64,000 nt of DNA, taken from assembly GCA_019429005.1 (NCBI GenBank), contig JAHYJR010000005.1:1-64000 (forward strand), read 5' to 3'. The notes under the pieces were generated by a model. The model had not been told where the DNA came from, searched no databases, and was given only the letters and a program-made list of their open reading frames with translations. A program made the translations under genes and the position numbers. This document shows positions 19,036 to 27,496 of this stretch, piece after piece; position 1 is the first letter of the stretch, and each line of letters starts with the position of its first letter. Origin of the DNA: Nanobdellati archaeon. Lineage in GTDB: Archaea > EX4484-52 > GLR71.

Positions 19036-19977
19036 TTATTTTTTTATTTTCTCTGTTTCAGTTATTTTAGTAATATCATCTTTATTAGTAGTTGTTTTCT
19101 TTATTTCTTCAACAACTTCTTTTTTATCTTTAACAGCTTCAGTTTTTGTAACTACTTCTTCTTTTACAGTATCTTTTTTATCGACTTTAGTATCTTTAAC
19201 AGTTTCAGTTTTTGTAACTACTTCTTCTTTTGTAGTATCCTTTTTATCTTCAACTGTTTCTTTTTTAGTAGATACTTTTTCTTCTTTTGTTATATCTTCT
19301 TTATCTGCTTTTTTATCATCAACAATTTCTTTTTTCATTGTTTTTTTATCAGCATCTTTATCTTCAACATTAATTTTAAATTTACCTTGCTTTATGTTTT
19401 TTTCAAGCATAATTGATGCAGGTAAGGTTTTCATAATTTTAACTTTTACACCAAGAACACCTGGTTTAAGTTTTGCAATACAAAAACTTTTATCAACATA
19501 ATTTATAGCGATATCACCACATTTCTTGATATAGCCTCTTAAAAATTTATTTGATCTAGATCGTGCACCTGAGATTTTACCACTTATTGTTATTTCTGCA
19601 CCAACTGCACCACTTGCAATAATCTTATCAAGGTACATATTTACAACACCCATTGATTTTGGTTTTCTTTCAAATGCTGCGGCAAGTCTTTTTGCAATTA
19701 CTGCTGCATCTATATTTGGATCAACAATGTTCTTAATATCTATTTGAGGATTTTTAAGTCTGAATCTATTTTTAAGTTCATTTGTAAGTATTTGTATGTT
19801 TTTCCCAGCACGACCTATTGCGATACCAGGTCTTCCAACATATATAGACAATCTTGTACTAACAGGTGTTATTTTCAAATCAGTATGACTATATTCAGCA
19901 GCACTAAGTAAGTCATTTAGGTATTTTTCAACTTCCTGAGTCTTGATTCCATCTTCAATAAATTTTCTCTCAATCAT
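19036..19977 (-). CDS. rps3: 30S ribosomal protein S3 with ~100-aa repetitive K/E/D/T tail
   Basis: RPGIAIGRAG, GAVGAEITISGK, KPGVLGVKVKIM. Confidence 0.96.
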   Translation of the reverse strand: MIERKFIEDGIKTQEVEKYLNDLLSAAEYSHTDLKITPVSTRLSIYVGRPGIAIGRAGKNIQILTNELKNRFRLKNPQIDIKNIVDPNIDAAVIAKRLAAAFERKPKSMGVVNMYLDKIIASGAVGAEITISGKISGARSRSNKFLRGYIKKCGDIAINYVDKSFCIAKLKPGVLGVKVKIMKTLPASIMLEKNIKQGKFKINVEDKDADKKTMKKEIVDDKKADKEDITKEEKVSTKKETVEDKKDTTKEEVVTKTETVKDTKVDKKDTVKEEVVTKTEAVKDKKEVVEEIKKTTTNKDDITKITETEKIKK

Positions 19978-19988
19978 AATAAATAACC

Positions 19989-20435
19989 CTATTTTAACGA
20001 TTCTTCTACGACTATATGTACAGTAGCACTTTTTGACTGTCGTCTTCCAAAAGATCTTCGACCTCGACTAAAATGTCGACCACTATTTGCCTGTGCATTT
20101 TTAATTCTTAATTTATCTTTATTTAATCCTTTATTTTCTGCATTATTTTTTGCATTTTTAAGTAATTTAACAATTTCAATTGATGCATTAACAGGATATC
20201 GACCAGTTCGCATATTACCTTTTCTATGAGCTTGATGTGTTACAAATTTTACAAAAGGTAATGCTTTATTTATTTGGATGACATCTTCAAGATATTTAAT
20301 TGCAAAATCTATTTTTTTACCAGTTATGAAATTACATATCTCAATTGAACTTTTATGTGATATTCGTATATTTTCTCCTGCAGCATTTGCTGTTTTTTTT
20401 GGATCTGCTTTTAAAGGATAGTTGATTTTTGTCAT
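19989..20435 (-). CDS. rpl22: 50S ribosomal protein L22
   Basis: RISHKSSIEIC, GRYPVNAS, LKNAKNNAE. Confidence 0.96.
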   Translation of the reverse strand: MTKINYPLKADPKKTANAAGENIRISHKSSIEICNFITGKKIDFAIKYLEDVIQINKALPFVKFVTHQAHRKGNMRTGRYPVNASIEIVKLLKNAKNNAENKGLNKDKLRIKNAQANSGRHFSRGRRSFGRRQSKSATVHIVVEESLK

Positions 20436-20453
20436 TTATATCACATATATTAA

Positions 20454-20873
20454 TTATTTTAGCGGAACGAATTTACTGGATTTTGTTGCACCTTGACCTA
20501 CACCACTGTGTTTTGTTGATTTTCGTGTCATTGCAAATTCACCAAGTCTGTGTCCTAACATATCTTCTACAATGTCTACAGACACAAATTCTTTTCCATT
20601 ATATATACCCATTTTTTTACCTACCATAGCTGGTATGACTATCATATCTCTTGCATGTGTCTTTATAAAACTTTTTGTTTCATCTTTTACAGTTTTAATA
20701 AGTTTCTTTTCAATTTCAGTAAAACCTCTAGTACTTTTTCTTCTCTCTCTACTAGGTACTAATTTAGCGAACTCTTCAAGACTTAATTCTTTAAGAGTTT
20801 CTATTGTTTTACCTCTATAAGTGAATATTCTTTTTCCAAATTCATTTTTCAATTCAGTCCTTTTTGAAACCAT
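20454..20873 (-). CDS. rps19: 30S ribosomal protein S19
   Basis: [30 protein letters not shown]. Confidence 0.97.
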   Translation of the reverse strand: MVSKRTELKNEFGKRIFTYRGKTIETLKELSLEEFAKLVPSRERRKSTRGFTEIEKKLIKTVKDETKSFIKTHARDMIVIPAMVGKKMGIYNGKEFVSVDIVEDMLGHRLGEFAMTRKSTKHSGVGQGATKSSKFVPLK

Positions 20874-20887
20874 AAGTAATCACATTT

Positions 20888-21595
20888 TTATCTTTTCTTA
20901 CCTGTTCTTCTTGCAGCAATAGAACCGATCTTTGCACCAGGAGGTGCATGTCTACTTGATGTTTTAGGAACACCCATGTTACATCCACCGAATTTATGGT
21001 CTACAGCATTCATTGCTTTTGCACTTGTTCTTGGCCAGAGTTTACCTCTTGCCTTCATAGCATAAAATTTTGTTCCAGCCTGTCCAAATGGTTTTGTTTT
21101 TCTTTCACCACCAGCTACAACACCAATTGTTGCTTTACATTTAGGATTGACTGTTTTTAGTTTTTTTGATGACATTTTTATTATTGTTTTATCTTCATCA
21201 TGTGAAATTATTAAAGCGTAACCACCAGAACTTCTTATGATACGACCACCATCTCCTGGTTTATTTTCAATATTAAATATTGGTGTACCTTCTGGAATAT
21301 TTCCAATTGGTAAGATATTACCAACATCCAATTCAGCTTCAGTCCCAATTTCAATTTTCTTACCAGTATAACATCCTTCTGATAATAATATATAATCTTT
21401 TGTATTATCTGAATATAATATTGTTCCAAGTGGTGCATTTCTACTTGAATCATGTACTATGTCTGTTATGATTCCGCTCATAATAATACCTGGTGTAACT
21501 TTCTTATAACTTAATTCTGTTACATAATTATGACTAGGGCATCTATATGTTGGAGATCCCCTACCCCTTCTTTGTGCTATAATCCTTTTACCCAT
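20888..21595 (-). CDS. rpl2: 50S ribosomal protein L2
   Basis: MGKRIIAQRRGRG, PGDGG, AMNAVDHKFGG, IAARRTG. Confidence 0.98.
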   Translation of the reverse strand: MGKRIIAQRRGRGSPTYRCPSHNYVTELSYKKVTPGIIMSGIITDIVHDSSRNAPLGTILYSDNTKDYILLSEGCYTGKKIEIGTEAELDVGNILPIGNIPEGTPIFNIENKPGDGGRIIRSSGGYALIISHDEDKTIIKMSSKKLKTVNPKCKATIGVVAGGERKTKPFGQAGTKFYAMKARGKLWPRTSAKAMNAVDHKFGGCNMGVPKTSSRHAPPGAKIGSIAARRTGKKR

Positions 21596-21616
21596 TTTTA
21601 TTAACCTTTATTTTAT

Positions 21617-21868
21617 TTAGATTATACCTAATTTTGTTGCAATATCCATTGCACGAAATTCTGGTTTAAGTTTTATAAATGCTTTTTTTCGACCTTTTTG
21701 ATCTATATTTACATTAATTTTTGCAACTTTTATTTTAAACATTTCTTCAACAGCATTTTTTATATCTTCTTTTGTTGCTTTTAAATCTGCAATGAATACA
21801 AGTTCATTTTTTAATTCTATATTACCGATTGCTTTTTCAGTCATATGTGTATGTTTTATTATTTTCAT
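21617..21868 (-). CDS. rpl23: 50S ribosomal protein L23
   Basis: TEKA, ATKEDIKNAVE, KKAFIKL, IATKLGI. Confidence 0.96.
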   Translation of the reverse strand: MKIIKHTHMTEKAIGNIELKNELVFIADLKATKEDIKNAVEEMFKIKVAKINVNIDQKGRKKAFIKLKPEFRAMDIATKLGII

Positions 21869-21885
21869 ATTTATTACCCATTTTT

Positions 21886-22692
21886 TTAATAGAATAGGTT
21901 TTCTTTATCAAGTAAATCTATTGCGGATTTTGACCATAAAGTTAATCTACCTGGTGTTTTACCCGGAGCCAATAACTTTGTATTAATATCTTTAACTTTA
22001 CAAATGTCAATACCTAATATATTTTCTGCTGCATTTTTAACATTTTTATCATCAGCAACAACTATTAGTACGCCTTTTTTTGTTTTATATTTCCTACCAC
22101 GCATAGTACCTTTACCAGCACGTACACTTCTTTCAGATGTTCTTTTAAGGTCTTCTGTAAATCCAAGTTTGTTTAATATTTCAATAATTTCAGTTGTTTT
22201 TTTAATGTCTTCTAAATCATTTTCAACAATTATTGGAAATTCTGTGATTGCTCCAATGTTATGTCCTCGTTTAATTATTAAATCTTTATTTGCTGTAGCT
22301 GCAATAGCACTTCTTATAGCGATTCTGTTCTCTTTTTTATTTATCTCTTTGACCCAAATCTTTTCAGCCATAGGAGGGTGTGCACGTCTACCTTTAACAG
22401 CTTCAGGTGATGTTCTAGCACGGCCAGTCAGATGTCCACTACCTACACGAATTCTACGTATACTTGCATAACCTTTGTTTGCCCAACTACCATATATACT
22501 TCGTCTACTAACATCCTTTGCAGATGTTTTTTGTCCTGCTTCAGGCGATGTTCCATAAGGTTGTCTTAATTTACTTTCAATAGACATTACAGATCGTTTA
22601 ACAAGATCATTTCTGATTGGTTCTGAAAATATAGGTGGTATAGTTATAGTACCTTTTTTTTCACCTTTTATTGAATATAATGTAGTTTTCAT
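21886..22692 (-). CDS. rpl4: 50S ribosomal protein L4
   Basis: RQPYG, GRRAHPP, AIRSAIAAT, RAGKGTMRGR, LAPG..PGRLTLW. Confidence 0.97.
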   Translation of the reverse strand: MKTTLYSIKGEKKGTITIPPIFSEPIRNDLVKRSVMSIESKLRQPYGTSPEAGQKTSAKDVSRRSIYGSWANKGYASIRRIRVGSGHLTGRARTSPEAVKGRRAHPPMAEKIWVKEINKKENRIAIRSAIAATANKDLIIKRGHNIGAITEFPIIVENDLEDIKKTTEIIEILNKLGFTEDLKRTSERSVRAGKGTMRGRKYKTKKGVLIVVADDKNVKNAAENILGIDICKVKDINTKLLAPGKTPGRLTLWSKSAIDLLDKENLFY

Positions 22693-22712
22693 AAAAATTC
22701 ACTTATTTATGC

Positions 22713-23684
22713 TTATTGTTTACTTTCAAGAGATACATCCAAGAACGTATATTCATCTTTATCTTTTTTATCTCGAACAGCTGTTCTAATTATAATGAGT
22801 CTTTTTGATGGTCCTTGTACACTTCCTTTAACCAAAATATAATCATTTTTAACATTTCCATAATGTAACCAGCCACCATCTACATTGATGTTTTCTGGTT
22901 CAGAGCCTATTTTAACAATTTTTTTGTTGAGTTCAACTCTATTGAAGTATCCTAATTGACCTGGTTGTGCAATAGTCCAACTTGTTTTATGTGGGTGGAA
23001 TGGTCCTAAATTTCCAGGTTTTCTTCTATGTTTTTGTGATTTTGCTGCAAGTCTTTTCACACCAAATCGTTTTACAGCACCTTGTAGACCTTTTCCTTTA
23101 GTCACACCAAGCGAATCAACATAATCACCATCTTTGAAGATTTCACTGATTTTCATTTCATTGCCAAGTTTTTCTTCTGCAAATTTAAGTTTTTCTTCAT
23201 TATTATTTCCTGAAACTTCAATTTCTAAGATTTCTGATTTCTTTTTACCAATACCTGTTTTATTAGGCATTGTTTGTATTATAAGTCTGATATTAGTGAT
23301 TTTATCAAGATTTTTTTGTATGTCTTTTATATTTGTTTTTTTCTTGATTTTGATTTTACAATTTTTATCTAGTTTATCAGTCCATAAATCAGCAGAAACT
23401 TCAATACCACCAGTTTTTTTGGAATAACTTCGAATACCTATTACTTTAATAGGTGGACATTCGATTACTGTAACTGGTATTGATATATCTTGACCGTGTG
23501 TAGTTGAGCCTTTTCGTAAATTTGTAACATTAGCATGAGTCATACCGACCTTATATCCTGCGAATTCGGTTAGTTTAATTTCATCAGATTCAGCTCTTGA
23601 ATGAATTCTAGGATATATTCTTTTAGCTCTGCATTTCGGTAAATATCCTAATGAACCTCTTCTTGGATGGTGTGCTTTTCCCAT
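22713..23684 (-). CDS. rpl3: 50S ribosomal protein L3
   Basis: PRRGSLGY, FAGYKVGMTH, TKGKGLQGAVKRFG. Confidence 0.98.
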   Translation of the reverse strand: MGKAHHPRRGSLGYLPKCRAKRIYPRIHSRAESDEIKLTEFAGYKVGMTHANVTNLRKGSTTHGQDISIPVTVIECPPIKVIGIRSYSKKTGGIEVSADLWTDKLDKNCKIKIKKKTNIKDIQKNLDKITNIRLIIQTMPNKTGIGKKKSEILEIEVSGNNNEEKLKFAEEKLGNEMKISEIFKDGDYVDSLGVTKGKGLQGAVKRFGVKRLAAKSQKHRRKPGNLGPFHPHKTSWTIAQPGQLGYFNRVELNKKIVKIGSEPENINVDGGWLHYGNVKNDYILVKGSVQGPSKRLIIIRTAVRDKKDKDEYTFLDVSLESKQ

Positions 23685-23863
23685 GTTATCACGTATTTAT
23701 TATATAATATAATTTATTTTGTTATAATTATTATTTTTTGTATTGTTTATGGTCCTTTTATCAAGAACATCGTTTGTTATTCAAAAAATTTTACATACAT
23801 CTTTTTAAATCTTGGCATAAGGTTCTTATACCAACAATAGAATATTATTTTTGTATCTTATAC

Positions 23864-23878
23864 TTTTATAAAGGTTTT
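23864..23878 (-). promoter_or_regulatory. putative BRE/TATA promoter of the ribosomal superoperon
   Basis: Minus strand reads CAAAACC-TTTATAAAAG about 180 nt upstream of rpl3. Confidence 0.5.
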
Positions 23879-23943
23879 GATTTTAGTAATCTTTTGAAGT
23901 ATTTTTATTGTTTACTTTTGTTTTTTTTAAAATATGATTTTAT

Positions 23944-24468
23944 TTAAATCTTATCGGTACCAATGTTTCCGCCAAGATAGTTGCCTTTGTATAGTTTAGC
24001 ATCTCCATCTATATTATAGAACATAATATTTACAATTCTTGTTCCAAGTTCTATTGTGAATAATTTAGGACCTAAGTTTATAAGTCCATATGTACATTGT
24101 CCTGAATATCCAGGATCTCCAACACCACATAGTATTTGGATACCACTTCTATAAAGTGTGGAACGGGGTATCATAACAAATGCAAGGTCCTTAGGACAAT
24201 TTATTGTTTCTATAGTTTTTATAACATAATATTTTCCAGGTTCTAAGATAATTTGTGTTATTTTATTTTCATCAAATTTCCCAATCAGTTTTGTATCGGG
24301 TGTTTTTCTTTCATTTAAACCCATGTGGCCTGAACCTATAAGCTCATAAATCTCACCAATTCTAAGGTCAAAAGCAATACCACCCTCTTTTTCAAATTCG
24401 CTTTCTGGAAGATTTTCAACTATATTTTTTTCTTTTACAAGTTCTTTTAATTTATTGAAACCAAGCAT
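23944..24468 (-). CDS. dCTP deaminase / trimeric dUTPase family protein
   Basis: FDLRIG, PRSTLYRSG, GDPGYSG, YKGNY motifs. Confidence 0.88.
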   Translation of the reverse strand: MLGFNKLKELVKEKNIVENLPESEFEKEGGIAFDLRIGEIYELIGSGHMGLNERKTPDTKLIGKFDENKITQIILEPGKYYVIKTIETINCPKDLAFVMIPRSTLYRSGIQILCGVGDPGYSGQCTYGLINLGPKLFTIELGTRIVNIMFYNIDGDAKLYKGNYLGGNIGTDKI

Positions 24469-24527
24469 AATAGAAAATAGTTATAAACTTTTTTATGACT
24501 TTTGTTTAAGTTGATTTTTTGGTTATT

Positions 24528-24572
24528 TTATTAGTGTATCTTATTAGTGTATCTTATTAGTGTATCTTATTA
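24528..24572. repeat. 13-bp tandem repeat (TTATTAGTGTATC) x3 plus partial
   Basis: Directly visible. Confidence 0.9.
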
Positions 24573-24622
24573 TACTAAAAGACAATATACTATAATATAT
24601 TAATTAAATTTATTATACAAAA

Positions 24623-25543
24623 TTATACATAATCCATACAACAAGTTCCATCAATATCAACATCTTTGTAACTACACTTTTCGCAGATATATGTTTTTTG
24701 ACGTGTGAGAGAAGAAATATCTGATTCTTTAATTATTTCAAGGCACCTTTTTCCTACAATTTCAGCTTTTAACATAGCACTTTCGATATTGATCTCTTTT
24801 TTACGTCCATTGTAATTTAACATATGTGGATGTTTATCATCAAAATAAGTATTTATGCCTGCGATTTTATTGAAATATTTAAGATTTGACCAATCATTGA
24901 CAAGTATTGCCTCTGCTCCAAGTTGCACAATATCTGAATTATGCGCATAATAAGGTATTTTCGTTGAATCTAGCTTGAATTTAATCTCTTCTGTAATTAC
25001 ATTATTCATCTGTATGTGCACAAGGTCTGGAATACCTCTCAATAGGACCTTTGTGGAATCAAGTTCAATTATCTTTTGAAATGGTTCAATTCTCATTATT
25101 GTATAATGAGGTATACGTTCGTTTGCACAGTCTTCTATGGTTTGTTTTATGATATAATCAGAATAATCTTCTATTGAATCCAGTAAATCCGATTTTATAT
25201 CATTTATATTGAGTGTGTTGTCTGATACATCTTTAATCGCTTTTAATGCAGTTTCATTTAATTTGAATTTATCTTCAAAAAGGGTATCTATCATATTTTT
25301 AAGATATGTTTCACTATCAAGATTATTATCTATAAAAAATTCAACCATTTGTTTGCTTTGTTCAATTTTTGAGACAATGTCATGTCCGATAGTTCCTAAG
25401 ATTATTTTGACTTGATTTATATCTGAAAAGGCACTTTCTTTTTTTAAGATGTTCCATAAATAACTTCTTTCACAAAAATAACATTGTCGAATGGCTGTAG
25501 GTGTAAGATGCTCTATTTTATTAGTATCATAAGGAGGTGTCAT
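24623..25543 (-). CDS. Cas4-like / PD-(D/E)XK nuclease with Fe-S cysteines (no CRISPR context)
   Basis: N-terminal YFCER, LRGIPDLV...EEIKFK, QLGAEA (variant of QxxxY), C-terminal CEKC..C. Confidence 0.78.
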   Translation of the reverse strand: MTPPYDTNKIEHLTPTAIRQCYFCERSYLWNILKKESAFSDINQVKIILGTIGHDIVSKIEQSKQMVEFFIDNNLDSETYLKNMIDTLFEDKFKLNETALKAIKDVSDNTLNINDIKSDLLDSIEDYSDYIIKQTIEDCANERIPHYTIMRIEPFQKIIELDSTKVLLRGIPDLVHIQMNNVITEEIKFKLDSTKIPYYAHNSDIVQLGAEAILVNDWSNLKYFNKIAGINTYFDDKHPHMLNYNGRKKEINIESAMLKAEIVGKRCLEIIKESDISSLTRQKTYICEKCSYKDVDIDGTCCMDYV

Positions 25544-26435
25544 ATGCTAGGACCCCCACATAATCTAAAAATTGTTCCATTTCAATCTTATCTTGTGTAC
25601 CCTCTTTTGCAGTTGGGTTAAGTTTAAGTGTTGATTTTATCTTGTCATAGAATACAGTATGTATTTCGGTCTTTTGTAATTTTTCAATAATGTCATTATA
25701 ACATTCAGGAATATTTTTTCTTTTAAGGTATGACACACACACATTTGCGACTTGATATGTGTCTAGATTCTCATCATCTAATTCATTTTTAAATTTTAAT
25801 GCGATATCTTTAATTACTCCAGAAAGTAAGATTGCTATATCTTTTTTGAGTTCAAGACCTGTTTTTATATCTGTTTTGATTTTCTCAGCATAATTTTTAT
25901 TGTCTGTTGTTGTTAGTGTTTCGATTTTTATTGTTGTATATTTATCACAAATATCATAACTTTTTCGTGTCATGTTACCAGAATTATGATGGACCCATTC
26001 AAAACAATGTTTCTCTCTTTCAAACATCTGTTCTATCATAATATGTGGTAGGTTTTCTTCAGAATATGTTAATTCCACTTGATTGTATGATTTATCATAT
26101 ATGGAAAATCCAAACTCTTCAATTACAGAAAATGGTATTTTTAAAGATGTTTCAATAAGGTCTTCAACGTTTTTTGATCTTTCTATAAGTTCCGTAAGAT
26201 CTTTTGATTCATTTAGGTATCTTGCGACATAATTACCAATTCTTGATTTTTCATCTGATTTGATATCTTCAAAGCATTCTTGATATACTATAGAATTTAA
26301 GGTTCTTATTTGGTTTATGAATTCATCTATATCAAAAACATCTGTTTGTTCTATTATAGGAGCTATAGATTCATTTAACTGTGTTCTTATTTCTCTGTCA
26401 TATAGAGTTTTAAGTTGAGTTTCTAAGTTTGTCAT
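25527..26435 (-). CDS. hypothetical protein, overlaps the Cas4-like gene
   Basis: About 300-aa ORF, predicted helical, 17-nt overlap with the next gene. Confidence 0.75.
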   Translation of the reverse strand: MTNLETQLKTLYDREIRTQLNESIAPIIEQTDVFDIDEFINQIRTLNSIVYQECFEDIKSDEKSRIGNYVARYLNESKDLTELIERSKNVEDLIETSLKIPFSVIEEFGFSIYDKSYNQVELTYSEENLPHIMIEQMFEREKHCFEWVHHNSGNMTRKSYDICDKYTTIKIETLTTTDNKNYAEKIKTDIKTGLELKKDIAILLSGVIKDIALKFKNELDDENLDTYQVANVCVSYLKRKNIPECYNDIIEKLQKTEIHTVFYDKIKSTLKLNPTAKEGTQDKIEMEQFLDYVGVLAYDTSL

Positions 26436-26621
26436 ACAAATCAATAGTATCTTTATAGTACCATTATGTTACAACATAAGTTTAAATATGTTGATTTTTT
26501 AATTAGATAATTTTAAATTTTAATTAAATAATTTTTAATTAGATTATACTATAATATACAGTGTGATTTTACATAAAGTATAATCTTAAAAGTCTTTTAA
26601 GAATTAATTTTTGTATGTGTT

Positions 26622-27452
26622 TTAGATAGAATCTTTAATTTGATTTAAAAATCCTTTTTCAAATAAATCATTTGCAATCTCTGCAAGTTTTTCTGTATCA
26701 AGATCACGAACTCGCATATCAGCCCATTTTAAATTTTTACTAATCTCTTTTAGTCTTTTTTTATCAATTGCAAATTCACGTTTAGAATGTTCAAATGCTT
26801 TTGACACTTTTTGATTTTTGTGTGTAAAAAGGCCACGCACAAGATTAAAAAATAATTTCACATCATTAATAGTCGGTTTATCTTTTCTAGGTTCAAGAAC
26901 AACAATCGCAGAATTAACTTTTGGTATAGGGTAGAAACATTTTTTACTAACACTAGAACTGATTTTTGGTTTAAAGTGATATTGTGCTAGTATTGATATT
27001 CTAGAATAATTTTTACTTCCAACTTTTGCAACCAATCGTTCAGCAAATTCTTTTTGATATATTAAAATTGATAGTTTTTGTTGTTTTCCAAGAAGTTCTG
27101 TTATTTTGGATGAAATCTGGTAGGGTATATTTGATATGCATTTATCGAATGCAGGTATTTCTGTTTTAAGGATATCACCCTCAATAATTTCAACATTATC
27201 TATATTTTCATATTTTATTTTTGTCTTAAGTATCTTAACAAGATCTTTATCCTTTTCAATCGCAATAACCTTTTTAGCTTTTTTTGCAATTTCAAATGTG
27301 AGTGCACCAAGACCGGGTCCTATCTCAAGTATGGTTTCATTTTCGTTTATGTTTGCAATAGCAATTTCTTTATCTATGATATTTTTGTCTTTCAAGAAAT
27401 TTTGGCTTAATGCTTTTTTAGGAAATACATTATTTGTGATATTATAATCCAT
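26622..27452 (-). CDS. rsmA: 16S rRNA adenine dimethyltransferase KsgA/Dim1
   Basis: LSQNFL, LEIGPGLGALT, SNIPYQISS, QKEFAERL. Confidence 0.96.
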   Translation of the reverse strand: MDYNITNNVFPKKALSQNFLKDKNIIDKEIAIANINENETILEIGPGLGALTFEIAKKAKKVIAIEKDKDLVKILKTKIKYENIDNVEIIEGDILKTEIPAFDKCISNIPYQISSKITELLGKQQKLSILIYQKEFAERLVAKVGSKNYSRISILAQYHFKPKISSSVSKKCFYPIPKVNSAIVVLEPRKDKPTINDVKLFFNLVRGLFTHKNQKVSKAFEHSKREFAIDKKRLKEISKNLKWADMRVRDLDTEKLAEIANDLFEKGFLNQIKDSI

Positions 27453-27496
27453 AGGAGAATTAATTTTGTTTTTAATATTATTAATCTTCCTTATTT

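Noticed and set aside
18800-19501. 233-aa hydrophobic plus-strand ORF
   Set aside because: Antisense of the Lys/Glu-rich rps3 tail and rpl29.
23738-23947. 69-aa plus-strand ORF upstream of rpl3
   Set aside because: TTG start, F/Y/L-rich composition typical of AT-rich non-coding DNA; overlaps the predicted promoter and leader.
24623-25543. CRISPR-Cas locus or casposon
   Set aside because: Only a Cas4-like gene; no cas1, cas2, PolB, array or terminal inverted repeats seen.
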